A stretch of 32,000 nt of DNA from Nitrosococcus oceani ATCC 19707 (GCF_000012805.1 NC_007484.1:540001-572000); one strand, 5' to 3'; counted from the stretch's first letter, positions 10,429 through 21,288 are shown. Notes: generated by a model not told the origin, from the letters alone. Numbers and translations are program-made.

Positions 10429-11691
10429 TTAAGCTTTGAAGTGGTCAACATCGAAAATTTTAAGGGCTGCTTGTAAAGCGAGCTCATCTCCTGTAGCACC
10501 CAAGCTCCGTAGTTGCCTTGTGGGCACATGCATGAGCTTGTTAGTTAAATTATGGGCCAGCATTGTCAGGACTTCATTCGGGTCATGGCCCTGGGCCAAG
10601 CGGCGGCGGGCTTTTTCTAAAGCTTCCTTGCGTAGTTGATCAGCCTCCTGACGGACAGCGCAGATGACTGGCACGGCATCTTGAGTGCGCACCCAGTCCA
10701 TGAAGTACTCCACCTGGGTATCAATGATTTCCTCGGCTTGTAAAGCTGCCGCCTGGCGGGAGCGGAGGTTCTCCTGGACGACCTCCTGCAAATCATCCAC
10801 ATTATAAAGGTAGATATCCTGTAGTTCCCCCACCTCAGGTTCGATATCCCGGGGAACGGCAATATCTACCATGAAGATAGGACGGTGTTTACGGATCCGC
10901 AAGGCCCGCTCAACGGTGCCTTTGCCGAGGATGGGCAATTGGCTCCCGGTGGAGGAAATCACAATATCCGCCTCTGATAGGTGTTTTGGCATCTCCGCGA
11001 GAGGGATGGCATAGCCATTGAATTGGTTGGCTAGTTGGTAAGCTTTGTCAAGATTACGGTTAGCAACAATAATGTGCCCGACCCCATTGGTGAACAAATG
11101 GCGCGCCGCCAGTTCGATGGTTTCGCCCGCGCCAATGAGAAAAGCCGTGGTGGATTCCAGATCGCCAAAAATTTGTTTTGCTAGACTGACTGCGGCGAAG
11201 GCTACCGATATGGGACTGGTGCCAATTGCTGTATCAGTGCGAACCTGTTTGGCCACATAGAAAGTGTGTTGGAATAAGCGTCCCAATACCCGGCCGATGG
11301 TTCCCGCCTCCAGGCCATAGCTATAAGCAGCTTTGATTTGACCTAGAATCTGGGGCTCGCCAAGGACCATGGAATCCAGTCCGCTTGCCACCCGGAGCAG
11401 GTGCCGCACTGCGGAGTGATCCGGGTGAGTGTAGAGGCAAGTCTCAAGAATTTTAGGCTCCATGCCGTGATATTGGCGCAGCCATTCGATAACGGCTTCC
11501 TGTTGCCCCGGTGCGCAGCCGCAGTAAAGTTCGGTCCGGTTACAAGTGGATAGAATGGCTGCTTCCTTGGCGCCACTGCGATTTACTAGCTCCGTCAACG
11601 CAGAAGGAAGACGTTCCGGGGCGAAGGTGATTTGTTCTCGGATAGCAACCGAGGCGGTTTTATGGTTGACACCAAAGGCAAGCAGTTGCAT
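10429..11691 (-). CDS. hemA: Glutamyl-tRNA reductase
   Basis: 420 aa. GVNHKTASVAIRE, the active-site region ILSTCNRTELY, and the NADPH fold LIGAGETIELAARHL. Classic hemA-prfA arrangement. Confidence 0.97.
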   Translation of the reverse strand: MQLLAFGVNHKTASVAIREQITFAPERLPSALTELVNRSGAKEAAILSTCNRTELYCGCAPGQQEAVIEWLRQYHGMEPKILETCLYTHPDHSAVRHLLRVASGLDSMVLGEPQILGQIKAAYSYGLEAGTIGRVLGRLFQHTFYVAKQVRTDTAIGTSPISVAFAAVSLAKQIFGDLESTTAFLIGAGETIELAARHLFTNGVGHIIVANRNLDKAYQLANQFNGYAIPLAEMPKHLSEADIVISSTGSQLPILGKGTVERALRIRKHRPIFMVDIAVPRDIEPEVGELQDIYLYNVDDLQEVVQENLRSRQAAALQAEEIIDTQVEYFMDWVRTQDAVPVICAVRQEADQLRKEALEKARRRLAQGHDPNEVLTMLAHNLTNKLMHVPTRQLRSLGATGDELALQAALKIFDVDHFKA

Positions 11692-11972
11692 AGGGGCAAA
11701 AAAGAGCCGTACTAGCTTAATAGTTATTGGGTTACTCTTAACAGAGCGAATTTTATCATCTAGGCTGTTCGAAATAATTCCTTAATCTGGAACCCAGCAT
11801 GTCCGCGCTGACTCTCAAACTGAACTAAGTTTAATGGTATTTAGCATTTTTATAGGGGACCTTAAGCTTAAATGTGCGAAAATATCACCCAAGGCGAATT
11901 TATATATTACCAAAATAAGGCATATTATTCGTAATTTACCGGAACAAGTCACTCAGGAGTGATGAGATATAG

Positions 11973-13718
11973 ATGAAACAGGCTCCTTTCCGATTAACCG
12001 CTGGGTTAGTAGTGTTGCTGCTAGCAGGCTGTGCTACGCAGGAAATGCGCCCAGCGGTTGCCGCTAAGGCTGAAGAGAATACCACGGGACCGGCGACAGC
12101 AACGGCAATCCCGGAGACAAGGTATCCAGATGTTGAATTGACCCCTGCCCTGCTGTATCAACTGCTTTCTGCTGACATTGCGGGCCAGCGCGGTCAAATT
12201 GGCTATGCGATGGAGGTTTATTTGCAAGCAGCGGGAGAAACTCGCGATCCGCGCCTCGCGGAGCGGGCAACCCGTATCGCCCTCTTTGCTCGGGATATCA
12301 GCGCGGCTACCCAGGCAGCCAGGTTATGGGTGAGGGCGGACCCGAGCAATGGGGATGCGCGCCAAGCTTTAGTCTCTTTGCTCCTCGGGCAACAGCAATA
12401 CAATGAAGCTGAAAATCACCTAGAGCATTTGGTTGCCCTAAGCCCGGAAAGCGGTGAACGTACTTTTTTAAAGATTGCTACCATGTTGGCTGGGAGCGCA
12501 GACCCAGAAACAGCATTGGCGTTAATGGGCAATCTATCCGCCTTTCAAGCCAACGATCCAGATGCCCTCTATGGGTATGCTTACCTTGCCTTGCAGCTAA
12601 AGCAGTTGGATCTCGCCCTGAGCACGGTAGAGCGGGTAATTATCCAGCGTCCCGAAGCGGATAGGCCCCTGATCATGCGGGCTAGAATTCTCCAGCAGCA
12701 GGGGCGGGAGGAAATGGCCCTCGAATCGCTGGAAACGGTGATTGAAAATGAAGAGGCGAGTATTCCTTTACGTTTAGCCTATGGGCAAATGTTGATGGAA
12801 GCCGGTCAAGTAGCTAAGGCTGAGCGTTTGTTCGAGCAGCTAGAACAAGCGCAGCCCGAGAATCCAGACGTCCTGTTGGCCCAAGGCTTATTAGCTATGG
12901 AACGGTTGGAGTATAAGCCGGCGGAAGACTATTTTCAGCGTTTGCTAAAATTAGGCCAGAATGTAGACCAAGCTCGTTTTTATCTAGGGCGGTTAGCTGA
13001 ACTACAAAGTAATGCTGGTAAGGCCATTGATTGGTATGCCTCAATTACGGGCGGCAGGTTGATGGTGGATGCCCAGGTTCGCCAGGCGGTAGTGACAGCG
13101 CAACAGGGCAATCTACCGGCCGCCCGTCAACATTTGCAATTATTAAGTAGAAAATTCCCCACTCAGGCCGATCGGTTTCAGCTTGCAGAAGGTGAGATTC
13201 TTATCAATGCTGGGCGTTATGAGGAGGCGATGAGCCATTATGATAATGCGCTGCACAGCCGCCCAGATGATACTAATTTGCTCTACGCTCGCGCTTTGGT
13301 GGCAGAAAACCTAGGCCGGCTGGATATTGCTGAACAGGATTTGCAGCGGGTTATAACCTTAGAGCCGAGTAATGCCGAGGCCCTCAATGCGCTTGGCTAT
13401 ACCTTAGCGGATCGAACGAGACGTCTTGAGGAAGCGCTACGCTATATTTCCCGGGCAATGAGGTTAAAGCCTAATAATGCGTTTATTCTTGATAGTATGG
13501 GCTGGGTACATTACCGCTTGGGAAATTACGACAAAGCGGAGAAATATTTGCGGGAGGCGATGGAGCTCCGCAAAGACCCGGAAATCGCGGCCCATTTGGG
13601 TGAAGTGCTGTGGGCAAAGGGTGACAGGGAGGGTGCCCGCCAGGTATGGCAACATACGCTTAAAATGAACCAAGGCAATAAAGTGCTTTTGGAAGTTATG
13701 CAGCGCTTTCAGGAATGA
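11973..13718 (+). CDS. TPR-repeat lipoprotein (conserved partner gene upstream of lolB)
   Basis: Signal peptide with lipobox LLLAGC. Many 34-aa TPR-like repeats. The 3' end overlaps lolB by ATGA. Same position as the TPR protein upstream of lolB/ispE in pseudomonads. Confidence 0.8.
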   Translation: MKQAPFRLTAGLVVLLLAGCATQEMRPAVAAKAEENTTGPATATAIPETRYPDVELTPALLYQLLSADIAGQRGQIGYAMEVYLQAAGETRDPRLAERATRIALFARDISAATQAARLWVRADPSNGDARQALVSLLLGQQQYNEAENHLEHLVALSPESGERTFLKIATMLAGSADPETALALMGNLSAFQANDPDALYGYAYLALQLKQLDLALSTVERVIIQRPEADRPLIMRARILQQQGREEMALESLETVIENEEASIPLRLAYGQMLMEAGQVAKAERLFEQLEQAQPENPDVLLAQGLLAMERLEYKPAEDYFQRLLKLGQNVDQARFYLGRLAELQSNAGKAIDWYASITGGRLMVDAQVRQAVVTAQQGNLPAARQHLQLLSRKFPTQADRFQLAEGEILINAGRYEEAMSHYDNALHSRPDDTNLLYARALVAENLGRLDIAEQDLQRVITLEPSNAEALNALGYTLADRTRRLEEALRYISRAMRLKPNNAFILDSMGWVHYRLGNYDKAEKYLREAMELRKDPEIAAHLGEVLWAKGDREGARQVWQHTLKMNQGNKVLLEVMQRFQE

Positions 13719-14320
13719 AGTGGTGCAGACTTTCGATTATACTAATGAGCCTCATCCTGCTTGCGGGCTGTATGCCCCTTCGCCAACCTTCCCCTTCTGC
13801 CGATCCTCAGCAAACATGGCAGGAGCGCCAGTTTGCCCTGCAAGAAATTGAAGACTGGAATTTGAGTGGGCGCTTAGCAATCAATGCTATCAAAGAGGCT
13901 TGGACGGGTACCTTGCGGTGGACGCAAAGGGGCGATGAATTTAAAATTCTGTGGCTTTTTCCCCTTGGACAGGGGAGTGTGGAGTTGTATGGTAATCCTG
14001 ACAGGGTTACTCTTCGTGCCCCTAAGGAGGAACCAATGATCGCAACCTCCGCAGAAGAACTCCTTGGGACTCGCTTGGGGTGGTCCTTGCCCGTGAGTGG
14101 CCTGCGTTATTGGCTATTGGGATTGCCGGCACCAGGATTACCTGTAGTCAAGTCGTCCTTAGACTCTTTTGGGCGCTTGCTCCGTTTGTCCCAAGGCGGT
14201 TGGCAAATCCGCTATTTGGATTATAAGTGGATTGAAAACTTTGCGCTTCCTGGTAAAATCTTTTTAGAGCATCCAAAACTTCGGTTACGGCTCGTTATCG
14301 ATCACTGGCAGTTAGGGTAA
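13715..14320 (+). CDS. lolB: Outer-membrane lipoprotein LolB
   Basis: 201 aa with lipobox LLAGC. LolB-like core (WNLSGRLAINAIKEAWTGTLRWTQ..). Conserved lolB-ispE synteny. Confidence 0.85.
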   Translation: MKWCRLSIILMSLILLAGCMPLRQPSPSADPQQTWQERQFALQEIEDWNLSGRLAINAIKEAWTGTLRWTQRGDEFKILWLFPLGQGSVELYGNPDRVTLRAPKEEPMIATSAEELLGTRLGWSLPVSGLRYWLLGLPAPGLPVVKSSLDSFGRLLRLSQGGWQIRYLDYKWIENFALPGKIFLEHPKLRLRLVIDHWQLG

Positions 14321-14327
14321 GCATTTC

Positions 14328-15170
14328 GTGTTGCTTTGGCCCGCTCCCGCCAAATTAAATTTATTTCTCCATATCATTGGACGCCGTGAAGATGGTTACC
14401 ATCTGCTCCAAACCGCTTTTCAATTTGTTGATTATTGCGATTGGCTGGAATTTCGGCCTAGTGCAGACGGGCGTATTGAACACTTATCACCCTTACCGGG
14501 GGTGCCGGTAGAACACGATCTGGTGTATCGGGCAGCTTTGCTCTTGCAGCAGAGAACGGCCTGCTCCCAGGGAGTAGAAGTCCGGATTCGTAAGCACCTC
14601 CCCATGGGCGGCGGGTTGGGTGGTGGAAGCTCGGATGCGGCGACTACCCTGGTGGCTTTAAATCATCTCTGGGAAACGGGGTTATCTATCTCCCAATTAG
14701 CTCAATTGGGGTTGGAATTGGGCGCCGATGTGCCGGTATTTATCTATGGCCGCGCGGCTTGGGCGGAAGGGGTGGGAGAGCAGTTGCAGCCCCTTGAGTT
14801 ACCCGAGCCCTGGTATTTGATCGTTACTCCGGCAGTTCAGGTATCCACCCGTGAGGTATTTATCGCTCCAGAATTGACACGGGATTGCAAACCTATGACA
14901 ATATCGGGTCTTCTTGCCGGCGAAGGGGAGAATGTGTGCGAGCCTGTGGTGCGGGGGCTCTACCCCGTGGTTGCTGATGCCCTTGATTGGTTGTCCCAGT
15001 TTTCACCGGCGAGGATGACAGGTACGGGCAGCAGTATATTTGCGGCGTTCGATGGAAAATCCCAAGCCTTAGCGGCATTAGCATGTATGCCTTCCCACTG
15101 GCAAGGTATTGTTGCTAAAGGCTGTAATTATTCGCTATTGTTAGATTGTTTGGAGAAAACGGGCTGCTAA
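14328..15170 (+). CDS. ispE: 4-diphosphocytidyl-2-C-methyl-D-erythritol kinase
   Basis: 280 aa with GTG start. WPAPAKLNLFLHIIGRREDGYH and the GHMP kinase motif PMGGGLGGGSSDAA. Confidence 0.93.
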   Translation: MLLWPAPAKLNLFLHIIGRREDGYHLLQTAFQFVDYCDWLEFRPSADGRIEHLSPLPGVPVEHDLVYRAALLLQQRTACSQGVEVRIRKHLPMGGGLGGGSSDAATTLVALNHLWETGLSISQLAQLGLELGADVPVFIYGRAAWAEGVGEQLQPLELPEPWYLIVTPAVQVSTREVFIAPELTRDCKPMTISGLLAGEGENVCEPVVRGLYPVVADALDWLSQFSPARMTGTGSSIFAAFDGKSQALAALACMPSHWQGIVAKGCNYSLLLDCLEKTGC

Positions 15171-15187
15171 CGGTATTTTAGTATTGT

Positions 15188-15262
15188 TGGGGTGTCGCCA
15201 AGAGGTAAGGCACGGGGTTTTGATCCCCGCATTCCCAGGTTCGAATCCTGGCACCCCAGCCA
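15188..15262 (+). tRNA. tRNA-Gln (anticodon UUG)
   Basis: 75-nt cloverleaf. Acceptor UGGGGUG/CACCCCA, anticodon loop uuUUGau, T-arm GGTTCGAATCC, encoded CCA. A T-run follows. Confidence 0.95.
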
Positions 15263-15312
15263 TTTTTTGAAATGTTCATTAATATTATTTTTTCTCTTCT
15301 CTGAGAGTAACA

Positions 15313-16323
15313 GTGCTAACACGCACAGGAAAATTCCGTACTTACCCTCCAGGAACTCCCGATACTGGATCTGGTTCTTCATCTCGCTTGGTTATTCTTA
15401 GCGGTAATGCCCATGTTCAGCTGTCGAAAGATATTGCTACCTATCTCCATCTTCCCCTGACTAAAGCTCAGGTAAGTCGCTTCAGCGATGGGGAAGTCAT
15501 GGTAGAGCTGATGGAGCATGTGCGCGGCAAGGATGTCTTTATCATTCAGCCTACCTGCGCACCTACTAATGATAATTTAATGGAATTACTGATCCTGGTG
15601 GATGCGGTTCGGCGTTCCTCCGCGGCCCGAATCACCACGGTGATCCCCTATTTTGGTTATTCCCGCCAAGACCGTAGGCCCCGCTCGGCCCGTGTCCCTA
15701 TCAGCGCCAAAGTCGTTGCTAATATGATTACCGTGGTAGGTGCCGACCGGGTACTGACGGTGGATCTCCATGCGGACCAGATTCAGGGATTTTTCGACTT
15801 GCCGGTAGATAATGTCTATGCTTCGCCGGTTCTTCTAGGTGATATTTGGAAGCATGAATATGCTAATTTAATCGTTGTGTCACCTGACGTGGGCGGGGTA
15901 GTGAGGGCCCGTGCCTTGGCAAAGCACTTGGAAGCGGAGTTGGCGATTATCGATAAGCGCCGACCTCACCCTAACGAAGCCAAGGTCATGCATATTATTG
16001 GTGATGTTGAAGAGCGTACCTGCGTGCTGGTGGATGATTTAGTGGATACGGCGGGCACTTTGTGCGAGGCTGCCCGCGCCCTTAAGCAAAAGGGGGCAGC
16101 CAAGGTGATAGCCTATTGCACCCATCCGGTTCTTTCTGGACCAGCGGTAGACAATATCAACAAGTCCATGCTGGATGAGCTGGTGGTAACGGACACCATC
16201 CCACTGCATCAAGAGGCGGCTGCTTGTAGTAAAATCCGTCAGCTAAGTATCGCTGAAATGCTGGCCGAGACCGTATACCGGATTAGCGCTGAGGAGTCGG
16301 TCAGCTCCCTTTTTGTGGAATAA
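15313..16323 (+). CDS. prs: Ribose-phosphate pyrophosphokinase
   Basis: [38 protein letters not shown] and the PRPP loop [13 protein letters not shown]. The GTG at 15313 has a GAGAG upstream. However, alignment to E. coli/Pseudomonas Prs suggests the true start may be TTG 15388 (MVILSGNAH..). Confidence 0.95.
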   Translation: MLTRTGKFRTYPPGTPDTGSGSSSRLVILSGNAHVQLSKDIATYLHLPLTKAQVSRFSDGEVMVELMEHVRGKDVFIIQPTCAPTNDNLMELLILVDAVRRSSAARITTVIPYFGYSRQDRRPRSARVPISAKVVANMITVVGADRVLTVDLHADQIQGFFDLPVDNVYASPVLLGDIWKHEYANLIVVSPDVGGVVRARALAKHLEAELAIIDKRRPHPNEAKVMHIIGDVEERTCVLVDDLVDTAGTLCEAARALKQKGAAKVIAYCTHPVLSGPAVDNINKSMLDELVVTDTIPLHQEAAACSKIRQLSIAEMLAETVYRISAEESVSSLFVE

Positions 16324-16417
16324 ATGCCCCTTATCGTTGTGCGTTAACCCTGGTCGCGGGGAAGGCGAGAATAACGTATGGGGCGCTTTTGATTCGTCAA
16401 CAGGAGACTAAAAGACA

Positions 16418-17062
16418 ATGGAAAACCTATTTGAACTCCACGCCGATGTCCGCGTTGAGCAGGGAAAAGGTGCGAGCCGCCGCCTGCGTCGCGCCGGCAA
16501 GGTGCCCGCCGTTTTATATGGCGCTGCAAAAGAGCCTATTTCTCTTCTTTTTGATCATAACTTGCTTTTTCGGCATCTAAGCCATGATGCATTTTACTCC
16601 CATATCTTAACTATCCATGCGAATGGCAAGGCGGAAAGGGTGGTCCTTAAAGCCTTGCAACGAGATCCGGTTAATCCCAACAAAGTGCTCCACCTGGATT
16701 TGCAACGAGTTAGCTCTACCCAAAAGCTGACTATCAAGGTGCCTCTACATTTTATTGGCGATGAGATGGCTCCTGGGGTGAAGCAAGAAGGCGGTACGGT
16801 GGCCCGTCTTCTGAACGATATTGAGATTAGTTGCTTGGCTAAAGACTTGCCTGAGTATATCGAAGTTGATTTAGCCGATTTAGGGGTTGGCGAGACGGTC
16901 CATCTATCCGATCTGAAGCTCCCCGGGGGGGTTGAGATTCCAGCATTGAAGCTTGGCGAGGATTACGATCAACCGGTGGTCACTATCCATAAGCCCCGGG
17001 CTGCTGCCGAGGAAGAAGATACAGGCGCTGAAGGCGACGTTGAAGCCGCTGATGCCGAATAG
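16418..17062 (+). CDS. rplY: 50S ribosomal protein L25 (long Ctc-type form)
   Basis: 214 aa with RBS AGGAG. GKGASRRLRRAGKVPAVLYG is the L25/Ctc N-terminus, and the tail is acidic. Conserved prs-rplY-pth order. Confidence 0.93.
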   Translation: MENLFELHADVRVEQGKGASRRLRRAGKVPAVLYGAAKEPISLLFDHNLLFRHLSHDAFYSHILTIHANGKAERVVLKALQRDPVNPNKVLHLDLQRVSSTQKLTIKVPLHFIGDEMAPGVKQEGGTVARLLNDIEISCLAKDLPEYIEVDLADLGVGETVHLSDLKLPGGVEIPALKLGEDYDQPVVTIHKPRAAAEEEDTGAEGDVEAADAE

Positions 17063-17077
17063 GCTGACGTTCGTCCC

Positions 17078-17659
17078 ATGGCTACCACCACTTGGTTATT
17101 AATTGGACTCGGTAATCCGGGGACGGAATATGCCCAGACTCGTCATAATGCCGGATTTTGGTGGCTAGATGCTTTTGCCAGTGAACTAGGTATTAATTTT
17201 AAGCCGGGGGCGAAGTTTTTTGGCGATTATGCCCGTGCCAATTGGCGCGGGCACGATCTCTGGCTGCTTAAGCCAGCGACTTTTATGAACCGAAGTGGCC
17301 AGGCGGTGCTTGCCCTCTTGAATTACTACCAAATCCCTCTTGAGCACTTGCTTATTGCCCATGATGATTTGGATTTACCCCCTGGAGTAGCCAAACTAAA
17401 GCGCGCTGGGGGCCATGGGGGACATAATGGCCTGCGGGATATTATCAACCGTCTTGGCCGGAGGGATTTTCTCAGGTTGCGTTTAGGGGTGGGCCATCCG
17501 GGAAGTGGCCAGGATGTGGTGAGCTACGTGCTAAACCGTCCTTCAAGGGAGGATCGGCAAGCAATTGAAGCGGCCATTGGCGCTGGACTTGAGGTACTGC
17601 CCGAGGTACTGGCGGGCGAAATGGAAAAGGCCATGCACCGATTGCACAGCCAAAGCTAG
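17078..17659 (+). CDS. pth: Peptidyl-tRNA hydrolase
   Basis: 193 aa. [18 protein letters not shown] and [12 protein letters not shown] are Pth signatures. Confidence 0.95.
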
Positions 17660-17672
17660 GAACTCATTATTC

Positions 17673-18761
17673 ATGGGATTTAAATGCGGAATCGTGGGTT
17701 TGCCCAATGTGGGTAAATCTACTTTGTTTAATGCGCTTACCCAGGCGGGTATCGAGGCTCAGAATTACCCCTTTTGCACCATCGATCCTAATGTGGGTAT
17801 GGTGCCCATGCCCGATCCAAGACTGGACAAAATCGCCGCCATTGTCCGTCCTCAACAGGTGCTTCCCACCACCATGATGTTTGTGGATATTGCCGGTCTG
17901 GTTGCGGGTGCTTCCCAGGGAGAAGGGCTTGGTAATCAGTTCCTCGCCCATATCCGCGAGACGGAAGCTATTGCCCATGTGGTGCGCTGTTTTGAAGACC
18001 AAAATGTCATTCATGTAGCCGGGCAGATCGATCCCTTGGGGGATATAGAGGTTATCGACACTGAGCTGGCCCTGGCGGATCTAGAAACGGTAGAAAAGGC
18101 TTTATCCCGTGCAACCCGGGCGGCAAAAGCGGATAAGGACGCCCTTGTCCTCAAAAGTTTGTTGGAGAAGGTGCGGGAGCACCTGAATGAGGGTAAATCA
18201 GTCCGGACCCTGGTGCTTGACCCGGAGGAGTGGAAAGAATTGCAATCCCTGCATTTACTCACCTCCAAGCCCGTCCTTTACATTGCTAATGTGGCTGAGG
18301 ATGGCTTTGAGAACAATCCTTGGCTCAAGGCGCTAGAGGAATTCGCGGCAAGGGAAAGGGCCGAGGTCGTTCCCGTGTGTGCTGCTATTGAAGCGGAGCT
18401 GTCTCAATTGGATGATGCTGAAAGGGAAGAATTTTTGGCGGAGTTGGGCATTGAGGAGCCTGGTTTGAACCGGGTCATTCGTGCCGGTTATAAACTGCTG
18501 GGCTTGCAAACTTTTTTTACCGCTGGCCCGAAAGAAGTTCGTGCTTGGACGGTTCCCATTGGTGCAACAGCCCCCCAGGCTGCTGGAGTTATTCATACTG
18601 ACTTTGAAAAAGGCTTCATTCGGGCGGAGGTTATCTCCTATGAAGACTTTATTGCTTGCCAGGGGGAGCAAGGCGCCAAGGAAGCGGGTAAATGGCGTCT
18701 TGAAGGAAAGGACTACGTAGTTCAGGATGGCGATGTCGTGCATTTTCGCTTCAATGTATAA
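17673..18761 (+). CDS. ychF: Ribosome-binding ATPase YchF (Obg-like GTPase family)
   Basis: ATG at 17673 gives [23 protein letters not shown]. The C-terminal TGS-like end is [10 protein letters not shown]. The ORF-track start at 17565 overlaps pth and is rejected. Confidence 0.96.
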   Translation: MGFKCGIVGLPNVGKSTLFNALTQAGIEAQNYPFCTIDPNVGMVPMPDPRLDKIAAIVRPQQVLPTTMMFVDIAGLVAGASQGEGLGNQFLAHIRETEAIAHVVRCFEDQNVIHVAGQIDPLGDIEVIDTELALADLETVEKALSRATRAAKADKDALVLKSLLEKVREHLNEGKSVRTLVLDPEEWKELQSLHLLTSKPVLYIANVAEDGFENNPWLKALEEFAARERAEVVPVCAAIEAELSQLDDAEREEFLAELGIEEPGLNRVIRAGYKLLGLQTFFTAGPKEVRAWTVPIGATAPQAAGVIHTDFEKGFIRAEVISYEDFIACQGEQGAKEAGKWRLEGKDYVVQDGDVVHFRFNV

Positions 18762-18869
18762 TGATTGCTCTTCTGGACAATTTACTGCTAGATAACGTAA
18801 AATATTTTTTTCATCTTGAAGTCGTGTTTTTAGATACGGACGACTCTCATCGCAAATTTCAAAGCTTTT

Positions 18870-18946
18870 TGGCTATGTAGCTCAGTTGGTTAGAGCGCGG
18901 CACTCATAATGCTGAGGTCGGTGGTTCGAATCCACCCATAGCCACC
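18870..18946 (+). tRNA. tRNA-Met, elongator type (anticodon CAU)
   Basis: 77-nt cloverleaf GGCTATGTAGCTCAGTTGGTTAGAGC..CTCATAA..GGTTCGAATCC..CATAGCCACCA. The 5' half is nearly identical to E. coli metT/metU as I recall it. A lysidine-modified tRNA-Ile2 is less likely. Confidence 0.92.
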
Positions 18947-18980
18947 AAATACCCATCCAGGAAAATAGAAAGAAGTCCGG

Positions 18981-19016
18981 AAAGCTATTGTATTTACTAG
19001 CTTTTGGCTTTTTTTA
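18981..19016 (+). terminator. Probable intrinsic terminator after tRNA-Met
   Basis: 7-bp stem AAAGCTA(18981-87)/TAGCTTT(18998-19004), followed by a T-rich tract (..GGCTTTTTTTA). Confidence 0.5.
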
Positions 19017-19583
19017 TTGCCCAAGGCGGTCTTAAGGAGGTTATTGCTATCTCACGGTAACCTTAGCGGTATCCCAACGACCGTCAGAGCGCCAGCATTG
19101 GTGCTCACTGCAAGCGAAATCATAGTGCTTTTGATCTGGTAATTTCCTCCCGAAAGATGCCCACGACAGAATGGCGTAATCAGGGCTTGTTCAAAACGAG
19201 CTAACCCCCCATCCGTGGACGCCTCCAGTCTTGTTGGTATTGAGCGGACAACCATTTCCTGTATTAGCACCTAGTACCCGCGCTTAGGCGCACAATACAG
19301 AGTCTAAGCATGCTATATTATATATGCAAAATACATATTATACGCTTAATGCCAGCGCGTACTTCTATCGGAATCCTGAAGTCACTAGCTGCAAGAGGCC
19401 CATTGCAGCTTACTGAGAGGGGAGATAAAAGAAAATTTCAGTCCTCCAGGCAGGGCAATTAAACGAATTTTACTAGGGGATTATTCCCACAATACGTTAG
19501 CGTAGGTTTTCGCACCTATGCTCCCTAAACTCGAAACTGCATTTTATGCAGCATTCCTGAGTTTAATAACCAGAGGGATTTTT

Positions 19584-21056
19584 ATGATAAAAAAATATTT
19601 AAAAGCTACTCTCCTTTTTTTATTTTCTGGATTGCTGATCATAACTTACAGTACCCCCAAGGCTTCGGAACATAAAGATTTCTTCAGGCAAATTCTGGAA
19701 CAGAAAAAGCTCTTTCTACATGCCCCTGACTCTCTTCCCCTTGAATTCCGATCAACCCATGATCGCCACATCCTCGGCAACATGCGGGTAATGATCTTAG
19801 AGGGCCGGGAAACCTTCCGGTTTGATACCTTCGGCAATGAGCTATTTTGGGGTAAAACCTTAAGGCTTCATGAAGCGATTAAGGGCGCAAGTTTAGGGGG
19901 CGAGGGGCCAGGACTAACCCCTTCTCAAGCACTCGCCCTAGGATTGAAAGTTGATGTAAAGGCCCTCCCGTTTAGTTTTCAAAGAGATTTAAGGCGAGGA
20001 CGTGTTGATCTAGAAGATCCGGTGAATACGGTGGAATTGCTTAGGCTGAATGCCGTGGTAGGTTTGACCGGTTTCTTTGATAGCCAAGAAAATTTGACGG
20101 CTGTGGGAGTTCAGTGCGCTTTATGTCATTCCTTGGTGGATGATTCATTGGCGCCGGGTATTGGGCATCGGCTGGATGGGTGGGCTAACCGGGATCTCAA
20201 TATAGGGCAAATTATTGCCTTAGCACCCAATTTGCAACCCTTTGTCGATCTTTTGCAAATTGTCGATAGCAGTATCGATGCAGACACGGTAAGGGCAGTG
20301 CTAAATTCTTGGGGAGCAGGTAAATTTGATGCCCAACTGTTCCTGGATGGCAAGGCATTCAATCCTGAACGAACTGATCCCAAAACGGGCGAACCAGCAT
20401 CAGCCGCCACCATGCTCCCTTCTGTTTTTGGTCTTGCCGGGGTAAACTTGCACACCTGGACAGGATGGGGATCGGTTCCCCATTGGAATGCCTTTGTCGC
20501 CACTTTAGAGATGCAGGGAAAAGGAAGGTTTTTTGATCCCCGGTTAAATAACCCCGAGCAGTTTCCTATTGCCGCGGCAATGGGCTTTGGAAATTTAAAT
20601 GAGCATATCGATCCGGAAGAAGATCGGATTACCTCAAAACTCCCGGCCCTGCATTTCTATCAACTTTCCCTTCCCGCACCCAAGCCTAATCAAGGCGATT
20701 TCAACTCGGCAGCAGCGGAACGGGGACATGCACTCTTCAAAGTAAATTGCAATCGCTGTCACACTGAACCTCTTTTTACCGAACCGGGCTGGAATATGCA
20801 TCCTCCTCAAGAGATCGGCATTGATGCTTTCCAGGCCAACAGGAGCCCCGATAAGGCTTACCGCACACCCCCCCTCTCGGGCATCTTTGTACGGGAGAAA
20901 GGTCTTTTCATAAAAGACGAAAACAAAGGCCAATTCTTCCATGACGGCCGCTTCTCAACCTTGCTAGAAGTTATCAACCATTACGATAATTTTCTGAGTT
21001 TAGGTCTCAACGAAAATGAAAAGGAAGACTTAGTAGAATACCTAAAATCGCTTTAA
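19584..21056 (+). CDS. Secreted di-haem c-type cytochrome, cytochrome c peroxidase/MauG-like family
   Basis: ATG at 19584 with RBS AGAGGGA gives a signal peptide (MIKKYLKATLLFLFSGLLIITYS). Two CXXCH motifs (CALCH, CNRCH). The C-terminal FFHDGRFSTLLEVINHY...LVEYLKSL resembles CCP/MauG ends. Confidence 0.7.
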   Translation: MIKKYLKATLLFLFSGLLIITYSTPKASEHKDFFRQILEQKKLFLHAPDSLPLEFRSTHDRHILGNMRVMILEGRETFRFDTFGNELFWGKTLRLHEAIKGASLGGEGPGLTPSQALALGLKVDVKALPFSFQRDLRRGRVDLEDPVNTVELLRLNAVVGLTGFFDSQENLTAVGVQCALCHSLVDDSLAPGIGHRLDGWANRDLNIGQIIALAPNLQPFVDLLQIVDSSIDADTVRAVLNSWGAGKFDAQLFLDGKAFNPERTDPKTGEPASAATMLPSVFGLAGVNLHTWTGWGSVPHWNAFVATLEMQGKGRFFDPRLNNPEQFPIAAAMGFGNLNEHIDPEEDRITSKLPALHFYQLSLPAPKPNQGDFNSAAAERGHALFKVNCNRCHTEPLFTEPGWNMHPPQEIGIDAFQANRSPDKAYRTPPLSGIFVREKGLFIKDENKGQFFHDGRFSTLLEVINHYDNFLSLGLNENEKEDLVEYLKSL

Positions 21057-21288
21057 CGCCTGATTTAAAAATAGCAGGCACAAGTGTAGTGACTTACAAA
21101 CTCCAACGAATTAGGGGAGAGGTGTACAATCCGCATGGAGCGCTTACCTTTCCAAGTGGAACGGCAAACGCCCCATGCGGGTTTAGATTTCTATCGATTT
21201 AACTTACCTCGCGGAATTTTCCATCCCTAGCACCATTGCGTAGCTTTGGTGTTTGGGTGGAGATGAATAGCGAAGCGAGCGTTGTTCG

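Noticed and set aside
19052-19270. 72-aa minus-strand ORF just downstream of tRNA-Met. A plus-strand stretch here also translates to ..PRQNGVIRA.., faintly reminiscent of the PxQNGxIE motif of rve-type transposases.
   Set aside because: There is no recognisable domain, RBS or supporting context. The transposase-like motif is a single short match and could be chance. I left it unannotated as possible eroded DNA.
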